A DNA stretch of 8,395 bases. Origin: Paraphysomonas bandaiensis. Lineage: Eukaryota; Protista; Chrysophyceae. The stretch covers positions 1-8,395 of the forward strand of contig CBFFRP010000480.1 in assembly GCA_965644295.1 (NCBI GenBank). Reading direction: 5' to 3'. The notes below the pieces were generated by a model. The model did no database searches and had not been told where the DNA came from. It was given only the letters and a program-made list of their open reading frames with translations. How positions within the stretch are numbered: position 1 is the first letter of the stretch; every line of letters starts with the position of its first letter. Of the stretch, positions 1 through 7,427 are shown piece after piece. Position numbers and translations under genes: made by a program.

Positions 1-39
1 AGAATCTGTTGCAACAACTGATCAACGGCATCCAACTGT

Positions 40-60
40 AAAAGAGGAAAGCAAGGGTAG
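40..60 (+). other. Polypurine tract before long LTR (also at 3007-3027)
   Basis: AAAAGAGGAAAGCAAGGGTAG directly abuts TGTAAC. Confidence 0.7.
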
Positions 61-1615
61 TGTAACGCTGTGGCGTTCAACTATTATTCCATCGTACTCT
101 CTACTCTCTAGCGGGCATATAATGGACTACGGATGTCGAGAATGAGTGTGACTCACACCAGCGGTGATATGTTGTATTTTATGCATACTATGTTACATCT
201 ATGCTTGTTTGTACACTACACTATGTGATTGCACTGCTTATTATTATCATGGCATTTGTATTGAAGTAGTGTTATGCATGTATCACCTATACCATACACT
301 CACACCTCATACACATTACATTCACAATACATCACACCACACCACACATATATGACATATATTATACACCTTATCCATTATTGCATACATACTACACTTC
401 ACACTTATAACTCTGTATGCTGTATTGGTATTGATTCTTCTCTAGCTGCAGATAGGAGGAATTAGATATCAATATAGTGCATTCACATTCATCCATACCT
501 TCTTCTATCTCTATATGTATGTGTATTACCATCTATATCCATCATCACACTCTTGACACCTTGCATACTGTATGGCATATAGTACATGTGCTTGTATAAG
601 ATCCAAGTCTTGTCATAAGCACGATCTGCATGTATACATGACATGAATATGACGTATGTATGGTATATGTACACATTGTATCACCTGAGGGTCCATTCAT
701 CTTGTCATGAGGCCATTGGTACTCTCTGTGTGGTCTTCATATTCCTGTGGAGCGCAGTGGACTCTAACTTCTCGTGTTCATGATGTTTGGAGCCGTGACT
801 TGCGTCAGACGTCTGTCATTATGGACTTGACTAGGGTGCCAAGTGTCATCGTCTATCTCTTACTGGTTATGGAGCGTTGGCATGTATCTACAATGAGCGT
901 TAAGAGCATCATCCTCTTCAGTCTCTTCTCAACTGTTGTTTTTATCGTATGCTGTATTTACTGTATTTGCTGTATACTCCTGGATGCTACTCTGGTATGC
1001 GGGATGTATATGACCTTGTACTCCTCTGTATATACGATTGTATAATGCTGTATATGATTCTGAGTATACAGTATTGTGCTGTTGTATATTTGTATATGGT
1101 CTATAGTACAGTGACGGTATATTGTTGAGTACAAGCATATGATTGGACAATATTCTCATTTTGGTGTGCTGGAGACTCTGTTGGTTGGAGTTGGTCTTCA
1201 TAGCATTCTACGGGAGTGTTCCAGAAAACTGATATGTCCACATAATCAACCAAATCTTGTACAATCTTTTGTAGAATATTGTTCTAGATGTTATTGTGTG
1301 CTTCTAGATAGCTTGTAGAACATGAGTGGTTCTTTGTGAGTTATTTTGTGTTCTGCTTGCTGTTCAGATTTATGTTATAGTGCCTTACACCTTAACACGT
1401 AGTTAGAGGTGTCTAATTATAAGAGCTTGGGGGTGCCTGAGCTGTTGTAAGGCTTAATAACAAACATATTCTTCTTCTTCTCTTTATTGCTTCTTTCTTA
1501 CATTTCCTTATTATTCATATATAGTGGCTGCACCCGGTGTGATACCCCGGGTTTGGTTAAAGTAATTATCTTGTGTTTGCGTGGGGCTCCGTCAAGACCT
1601 TCGATGAGACCTACA
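61..1615 (+). mobile_element. Putative long LTR (LTR-A, about 1555 bp) of an LTR retrotransposon
   Basis: Starts TGTA after a PPT and ends CCTACA followed by TGG. It has a TATA-like TATAAG at 1418 and a pyrimidine-rich, U5-like 3' part. The 3' end is inferred from this single copy. Confidence 0.62.
1219..1423 (+). promoter_or_regulatory. Putative LTR promoter: degenerate heat-shock-element-like boxes plus TATA (copy at 4186-4390)
   Basis: TTCCAGAA 1219, TTGTAGAA 1269 and 1313, TTCTAGAT 1282 and 1302, TATAAG 1418. Confidence 0.4.
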
Positions 1616-1631
1616 TGGTGCTGGTGGATGC
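1616..1631 (+). other. PBS-like sequence after LTR-A
   Basis: TACA|TGGTGCTGGTGG. TGG is complementary to a tRNA CCA end. The cognate tRNA was not verified. Confidence 0.45.
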
Positions 1632-1674
1632 AGACATCGCCAAGAGGTATCCCCGCATTGTTGAATAGCATAAC

Positions 1675-1695
1675 AGAGAGAGGGGGAGGGGGCAG
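1675..1695 (+). other. Polypurine tract before LTR-B
   Basis: AGAGAGAGGGGGAGGGGGCAG abuts TGTAACG. Confidence 0.78.
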
Positions 1696-2002
1696 TGTAA
1701 CGCCGAGGCGTCAAACTAATCACATACCACAAGACCAGTGAGGTTAATAAGCTACAAGGGGAGCTCTAGTGGACTATGTGTGTATGTACAGCCTGCATCT
1801 TATCTTCGGATGAAGACACACTTCACTCTCGGATTACAAGTGCTGCTGTTTTTGCTATATGAGCAATGGAGAGATCTGATTGGTGTACTCGGGTTAGCTA
1901 TAGTAAATTTACTAGCGAAAAGCAGCTTTGAAATCTGCAGATTTTGATAACATTATTGGAAGGATATATCTACGTCAAGTTAAGACAATAGTCCCCGTTA
2001 CA
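1696..2002 (+). mobile_element. Putative short LTR (LTR-B, 307 bp)
   Basis: Perfect 7-bp inverted termini TGTAACG...CGTTACA, a PPT upstream and TGG downstream. The first 25 nt match the LTR-A start at 20/25. Confidence 0.7.
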
Positions 2003-2622
2003 TGGAACTGGCCAGCATATCTACGTTCTCTAAGAATGTGGAGGAGATTTTTGATAGACTGGAACGAAGACTGGATCAACGTCTTCAGAGGATCTCTCAG
2101 AGAACTCAAGACATGATCAGTCTACTTGTCTTAGTCTCCAAGATATGTGGGGAGATAAGGAAATCTGAACAGATGCAAGAGAACTCATCAGCTATGCCTG
2201 TTTCTTATCCAGAGGTCACTACCACCGCAATGGCCGAACAGATCCAAGAAGAGTTTTGTTCACCTCAGCAGGAGCTTTGTATGGAACCTAAGGCATCTAT
2301 GGTTCAGGAGGATGGCAATGCAGCCTCGCGGGTGTCAATTCCAGGGACAGAGACAACCACTTCTAATGCTAAACGGCTTCCTATCCACGTCCGAGTTCAA
2401 GGGGTACAGCAGCTCCGGTCCTCTCAACGTGAGATGATTTGTTCCAGTTCCGGGAGGTCCAGCTCGGTCTCAACTGAGAAGGCTTTAGGCCCTGACTCTA
2501 TACATGGAGTAGTGGGTAATTTCATGAACACTCCAGGATTTATCCAGCCTTTTACTTGGGTGATGACAATTTTTGAGGAACATGGTCCGGGACCGCCTTA
2601 TCTGGTCACAATCCAATGTTAA
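2002..2622 (+). CDS. Hypothetical 206-aa ORF in the retroelement internal region (gag position), predicted N-terminal coiled coil
   Basis: Longest ORF in this block. It begins at the LTR-B/PBS junction and has a heptad-like stretch VEEIFDRLERRLDQRLQRISQ. No gag zinc knuckle or pol motif was seen. Confidence 0.35.
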   Translation: MELASISTFSKNVEEIFDRLERRLDQRLQRISQRTQDMISLLVLVSKICGEIRKSEQMQENSSAMPVSYPEVTTTAMAEQIQEEFCSPQQELCMEPKASMVQEDGNAASRVSIPGTETTTSNAKRLPIHVRVQGVQQLRSSQREMICSSSGRSSSVSTEKALGPDSIHGVVGNFMNTPGFIQPFTWVMTIFEEHGPGPPYLVTIQC

Positions 2623-2938
2623 TTCAGGATTTCGGCTTATACAGGGCTTCTGAATGCATTTCGGCAGACATGTCCTGTTCATGCACATGTGTATCGGGTT
2701 CTCACGCATATTCTCCGGAAGATCTTGATCACGTATATTGCTCAGCCTATATCCGAAGTGAATGGTTCAGTTTTATGGAAAATAGTTCAGTAATTCAAGC
2801 ATTAATATGATGAGGAGAGCAGAAGAATTTCATCTAGAGTATTGTTCAGTCAGAAGATTTTCAGGATTTGCTATTCAGTGATTTTCAGTTGGGGGCAACA
2901 CGAGATAATGACTGATTTCATAGCATGGTTGACATGGT

Positions 2939-2963
2939 GAGAAGGAGAGAGAAAAGAGGGCAA
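2939..2963 (+). other. Polypurine tract
   Basis: GAGAAGGAGAGAGAAAAGAGGGCAA abuts TGTAC. Confidence 0.65.
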
Positions 2964-2976
2964 TGTACAGCGGCGC

Positions 2977-4528
2977 TGCAACAACTGATCAACGGCATCC
3001 AACTGTAAAAGAGGAAAGCAAGGGTAGTGTAACGCTGTGGCGTTCAACTATTATTCCATCGTACTCTCTACTCTCTAGCGGGCATATAATGGACTACGGA
3101 TGTCGAGAATGAGTGTGACTCACACCAGCGGTGATATGTTGTATTTTATGCATACTATGTTACATCTATGCTTGTTTGTACACTACACTATGTGATTGCA
3201 CTGCTTATTATTATCATGGCATTTGTATTGAAGTAGTGCTATGCATGTATCACCTATACCATACACTCACACCTCGTACACATTACATTCACAATACATC
3301 ACACCACACCACACATATATGACATACATTATACACCTTATCCATTACTGCATACATACTACACTTCACACTTATAACTCTGTATGCTGTGTTGGTATTA
3401 ATTCTTCTCTAGCTGCAGATAGAGGGAATTAGATATCAATATAGTGCATTCACATTCATCAATACCTTCATCTATCTCTATATGTATGTGTATTACCATC
3501 TATATCCATCATCACACTCTTGACACCTTGCATACTGTATGGCATATAGTACATGTGCTTGTATAAGATCCAAGTCTTGTCATAAGCACGATCTGCATGT
3601 ATACATGACATGAATATGACGTATGTATGGTATATGTACACATTGTATCACCTGAGGGTCCATTCATCTTGTCATGAGGCCATTGGTACTCTCTGTGTGG
3701 TCTTCATATTCCTGTGGAGCGCAGTGGACTCTAACTTCTCGTGTTCATGATGTTTGGAGCCGTGACTTGCGTCAGACGTCTGTCATTATGGACTTGACTA
3801 GGGTGCCAAGTGTCATCGTCTATCTCTTACTGGTTATGGAGCGTTGGCATGTATCTACAATGAGCGTTAAGAGCATCATCCTCTTCAGTCTCTTCTCAAC
3901 TGTTGTTTTTATCGTATGCTGTATTTACTGTATTTGCTGTATACTCCTGGATGCTACTCTGGTATGCGGGATGTATATGACCTTGTACTCCTCTGTATAT
4001 ACGATTGTATAATGCTGTATATGATTCTGAGTATACAGTATTGTGCTGTTGTATATTTGTATATGGTCTATAGTACAGTGACGGTATATTGTTGAGTACA
4101 AGCATATGATTGGACAATATTCTCATTTTGGTGTGCTGGAGACTCTGTTGGTTGGAGTTGGTCTTCATAGCATTCTACGGGAGTGTTCCAGAAAACTGAT
4201 ATGTCCACATAATCAACCAAATCTTGTACAATCTTTTGTAGAATATTGTTCTAGATGTTATTGTGTGCTTCTAGATAGCTTGTAGAACATGAGTGGTTCT
4301 TTGTGAGTTATTTTGTGTTCTGCTTGCTGTTCAGATTTATGTTATAGTGCCTTACACCTTAACACGTAGTTAGAGGTGTCTAATTATAAGAGCTTGGGGG
4401 TGCCTGAGCTGTTGTAAGGCTTAATAACAAACATATTCTTCTTCTTCTCTTTATTGCTTCTTTCTTACATTTCCTTATTATTCATATATAGTGGCTGCAC
4501 CCGGTGTGATACCCCGGGTTTGGTTAAA
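2977..4528 (+). repeat. 1552-bp direct repeat, copy 2
   Basis: Matches 10-1561. Identity stops abruptly after GGTTAAA (4528). Confidence 0.97.
3028..4528 (+). mobile_element. Second LTR-A copy, 3'-truncated by about 54 bp
   Basis: Near-identical to 61-1561, then replaced by unrelated sequence. The missing tail (GTAATTATC...CCTACA) does not reappear in the window. Confidence 0.65.
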
Positions 4529-4529
4529 C

Positions 4530-4713
4530 TGTGGCGGCAGTTCTGTTCAGCCTGGTTCGAAACCCTATGCCGCCACATAGAAAGCGTTTTTCTGAAAAAA
4601 AATGGAATTCAAATACTGTTAATGCTAGGCTTGGACCACATTAACACGCTATGAGGATTCCAAACCATTTTTGGGGGAATTCCTTTACAACAATGGTTTG
4701 GAACTCTCATAGC
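4530..4713. other. Cluster of consecutive inverted repeats (stem-loops)
   Basis: TGTGGCGGCA 4530-39 / TGCCGCCACA 4568-77; AGAAA/TTTCT 4579-93; TGTTAATG 4617-24 / CATTAACA 4639-46; 22-bp stem 4648-69 / 4692-4713 with 20/22 Watson-Crick pairs. Confidence 0.9.
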
Positions 4714-4848
4714 AGCCATTTTGCTATAAAACAAAACGACAAAATCCCAATTTTTATATAAAAACCTTGATTTATGCAAAAACCCTATAAAACCTTGAAG
4801 TCTAATTTAATTATAGAATATAATAATGTTGTTATATTATATATATAG

Positions 4849-6129
4849 ATGTCAATTTATACAAAGCCAAAAACAAGCAATAACGCTATTTTTAATGCAG
4901 AAAATCATAAACAGATTGAAACAGCAAGAGTAATATTAAATATGGCGGAATATGCAAGATTAGACAATGCTAAATTTACAGCGAACGTTGAAATCTTGAA
5001 TGGTAATAACTTAACCATAAACAATGAACCCCAAACAGTTGCTTTCACAGATTCAAAAAATAATATGTTGTCAGATATGAATACAAGATTATTAAACCTC
5101 ACTGAAAATGAAATACAAACATTAGACGGTATAAATACCAATGAAACTATACAATCACAATTAAATACATTAACAGCAAGTTTTAACGGTCTTGATGCTC
5201 TTCAAGATATAGACTTAATTAATATACCTAATTTACAAGCGGATGTTGCAAATTTAGAAGCCCAAGATATAACATTACAGAACAATATTAATACTAAACA
5301 GAATTTAATCGACGTGAATAATAAGTTGGATTCTTCTTTAGTTTATAACTATACATTTAATGAAACGGTTGATAATATAATTTCTAACCTGAATGCTCAA
5401 ATAGCAAGTAATGATACAGATATAACAAGCTTACAAACTCAGATTACTAATAATGACACTGATATAACAAGCTTACAAACTCAGATTACTAATAATGATA
5501 CAGATATAACAAGCTTACAAACTCAGATTACTAATAATGACACAGATATAACAAACTTACAAAGTGAAAAACATAATTTAATAGATGTAAATAATAAACT
5601 TGATTCTTCTTTAGTTTATGACTATTCATTTAATGAAACAATTGAAAACTTACTAAGTATAATAGACGGCAATATTACAACACTTGAAAATACAAAATTG
5701 AATTTAACAGGCGGAACAATGACAGGAAATATAACAACTAAACAAATAAGCGAATCAATCAGCACAACATATACGTTTTCTTCAAATGTGTTGACATATA
5801 ATTATAATAATGGTTCAATTATATATTTTAATGGTTTAACAAGTGATACAAATTTTGAACTTGATATAACGAATATTAATTCAAGTAACTTAACAAATAC
5901 AAGTTTTACAGTTTCTGTTTTAATAGACACATCAACATATAAGGCATATATAAACACTTTAAAAGTTAATACAGTTTCAGAAACGTTGAATGTGTCAGGA
6001 GGACTCGCAAATATTAATGTAGACGATGTGACAACATCAGGAGCAATATTGCAAACAATAACAATAATATATACTAACTCAGGAACATCACCAACGAAAG
6101 TAATATCAAATATAGGTTCATATTATTAA
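4849..6129 (+). CDS. Viral fibre/spike-like protein, 426 aa (coiled-coil shaft, beta-rich C-terminal head)
   Basis: Long intact ORF. It carries the fibre-type motifs EIQTLDGINTNETIQSQLN and KLNLTGGTMTGNI, 14-aa heptad repeats NDTDITSLQTQITN, and a duplicated K(Q/H)NLIDVNNKLDSSLVY module. Confidence 0.8.
   Translation: MSIYTKPKTSNNAIFNAENHKQIETARVILNMAEYARLDNAKFTANVEILNGNNLTINNEPQTVAFTDSKNNMLSDMNTRLLNLTENEIQTLDGINTNETIQSQLNTLTASFNGLDALQDIDLINIPNLQADVANLEAQDITLQNNINTKQNLIDVNNKLDSSLVYNYTFNETVDNIISNLNAQIASNDTDITSLQTQITNNDTDITSLQTQITNNDTDITSLQTQITNNDTDITNLQSEKHNLIDVNNKLDSSLVYDYSFNETIENLLSIIDGNITTLENTKLNLTGGTMTGNITTKQISESISTTYTFSSNVLTYNYNNGSIIYFNGLTSDTNFELDITNINSSNLTNTSFTVSVLIDTSTYKAYINTLKVNTVSETLNVSGGLANINVDDVTTSGAILQTITIIYTNSGTSPTKVISNIGSYY
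5410..5562 (+). repeat. In-frame 42-bp tandem repeat, about 3.6 copies
   Basis: Units start at 5410, 5452, 5494 and 5536 and encode NDTDITSLQTQITN. Confidence 0.95.
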
Positions 6130-6315
6130 AAATATTTATTCTATTCAAAATATTTTTTCAAAATAATTTATCAAAAATATTTATTCTATTCAAAATATTT
6201 TTTCAAAATAATTTATCAAAAATATTTATTCTATTCAAAATATTTTTTCAAAATAATTTATCAAAAATATTTATTCTATTCAAAATATTTTTTCAAAATA
6301 ATTTATCAAAAATAT
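6128..6315. repeat. Perfect 45-bp tandem repeat x4 plus a partial unit
   Basis: AAAAATATTTATTCTATTCAAAATATTTTTTCAAAATAATTTATC at 6128, 6173, 6218 and 6263. Confidence 0.97.
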
Positions 6316-6357
6316 ATAAAACAATTTAAAAAATATTATATATATATATTATATATC
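6315..6357 (+). promoter_or_regulatory. Putative viral promoter: 19-bp box plus TATATA leader
   Basis: TATAAAACAATTTAAAAAA at 6315-6333 is identical to 6980-6998. Both lie just upstream of an ATG. Confidence 0.6.
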
Positions 6358-6525
6358 ATGCCTAGAGAAATTAAAAGAAAGTGCAAACATTGTGATAAAA
6401 CTATAAAAAGAATAAACAATGATTGGAATTCAAGAGAATATCATAAGAAATGTTATAAAGAGATTGAAGAGATGAAGTCAATGATTATTAATATGGAGAA
6501 ATATAAGAAGATGTATAATCTATAA
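6358..6525 (+). CDS. Small putative zinc-binding protein, 55 aa (CxxC...HxxC); not in the ORF track
   Basis: MPREIKRKCKHCDKTIKRINNDWNSREYHKKCYKEIEEMKSMIINMEKYKKMYNL*, preceded by the shared promoter box. Confidence 0.75.
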   Translation: MPREIKRKCKHCDKTIKRINNDWNSREYHKKCYKEIEEMKSMIINMEKYKKMYNL

Positions 6526-6588
6526 ATTTTGTTGTCATTATAGTTAGTTAGTATTATATATACATTTGTATATGTAACGTTTCAAAAA

Positions 6589-6912
6589 TTAATAGCCTTG
6601 TTCAGGTTTAATATAAGTGCCATGTTGGTCATCATATTCTTTTAATAGCTTTTGTCTTTTCTCATAAGCTTTAGTTTTTTCAAGTTGTTCACTTGGTAAG
6701 TTTCTATTAATAGGATTCTTATAATATATTTGTTGTCTTTCACTGAGAAGTTCAACTTGTTTTTTTCGTTTCTGTATTTCTAAGTCTTTGATTAAGGCTT
6801 TATATCCTTCAATTTGTTTTACTATGTTTGATATTTCAGTTTGAACTTGAGGTTTCTTTGTCTTTGGTATTGCGAAGAGTTCATTTTTTAAACATATAAC
6901 AAAATCTGCCAT
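6589..6912 (-). CDS. Hypothetical basic coiled-coil protein, 107 aa
   Basis: Intact ORF in stop-rich AT DNA, K/E/Q-rich helical composition, TATATA just upstream of the ATG. Confidence 0.75.
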   Translation of the reverse strand: MADFVICLKNELFAIPKTKKPQVQTEISNIVKQIEGYKALIKDLEIQKRKKQVELLSERQQIYYKNPINRNLPSEQLEKTKAYEKRQKLLKEYDDQHGTYIKPEQGY

Positions 6913-6979
6913 AAAGTATATATAATAATGTTTATATAAAAAATATAGTTTTCAAATTTAATAAAAATAATAATTTTAT

Positions 6980-7026
6980 TATAAAACAATTTAAAAAACT
7001 AATTTTATATATATAATATATATATT
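6980..7026 (+). promoter_or_regulatory. Putative viral promoter: 19-bp box plus TATATA leader
   Basis: Second copy of TATAAAACAATTTAAAAAA, 28 nt before the ATG at 7027. Confidence 0.6.
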
Positions 7027-7422
7027 ATGAAAACTTTAACAATTGACATTGAAGAAATTGACAGTTTATATTCAAAGCTACAAAATGATAAAGAAATAAG
7101 ATGTATTGTATTTGAATGTGAGAGAATGAGAGAACTAAATTTAATTGATTTTGAAATTGGTTTATCATATGAAGAAGAAGAGGAAAAAGATATATTATAT
7201 GAAAAAAACAATAGAAAAATCAATAAAGTTATTTCAAGATTTATTCCCAACACTATAACACATCTAAGTTTTAATGATGAAATCCACCTTGATGAACGTG
7301 CATATAATTATTTACCTCAAAGTATACTTGAAATTCAGAATGAACATGGTGATACAATAACTAGAGATGAAATTAAAGAAATCATTAAAACTACAGAAGA
7401 ATCTTATGCAGGTTGTTTTTAA
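7027..7422 (+). CDS. Acidic hypothetical protein, 131 aa, with degenerate FNIP-like repeat(s)
   Basis: Intact ORF. FIPNTITHLSFND and YLPQSILEI resemble the IPxSVTHLxF core of FNIP repeats. Confidence 0.7.
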   Translation: MKTLTIDIEEIDSLYSKLQNDKEIRCIVFECERMRELNLIDFEIGLSYEEEEEKDILYEKNNRKINKVISRFIPNTITHLSFNDEIHLDERAYNYLPQSILEIQNEHGDTITRDEIKEIIKTTEESYAGCF

Positions 7423-7427
7423 ATATA

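Larger units (their letters stand above)
10..1561 (+). repeat. 1552-bp direct repeat, copy 1
   Basis: Matches 2977-4528 at offset 2967. I saw 10 substitutions, all within 272-503. The ORF track is duplicated at the same offset. Confidence 0.97.

Noticed and set aside
61-197. Short LTR TGTAAC...GTTACA
   Set aside because: It is not followed by a PBS-like TGG, and the TATA and U5-like features lie much further downstream.
164-1201. Short ORFs in LTR-A (164-355, 274-465, 489-674, 707-1045, 929-1201) and their copies at +2967
   Set aside because: C/Y/H/I/T-biased translations of TA/CA/TG-rich DNA, overlapping each other, with no domains.
1567-1668. Possible chromodomain relic (YLVFAWGSVKTFDET...AKRYPRIVE*) before the PPT
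   Set aside because: It needs a frameshift to restore the TW motif and there is no upstream integrase. The LTR end plus PBS reading at 1615/1616 fits better, though this alternative is not excluded.
4524-4540. piggyBac or Helitron terminus at the left junction
   Set aside because: TTAA is not followed by CCY, there are no TC/CTRR ends, and no matching right end or transposase is present.
4543-4563. Hammerhead-like core CTGTTCAG...CGAAAC
   Set aside because: It deviates from the conserved CUGANGA at two positions, and no convincing three-stem fold was found.
4454-4654. ORF spanning the LTR/virus junction
   Set aside because: Non-ATG start and a chance read-through across the hairpins.
6128-6315. 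CRISPR array
   Set aside because: The units are contiguous and identical, with no unique spacers and no cas genes.
4905-7253. Antisense ORFs 4905-5141 and 7005-7253
   Set aside because: They are shadows of better plus-strand genes.
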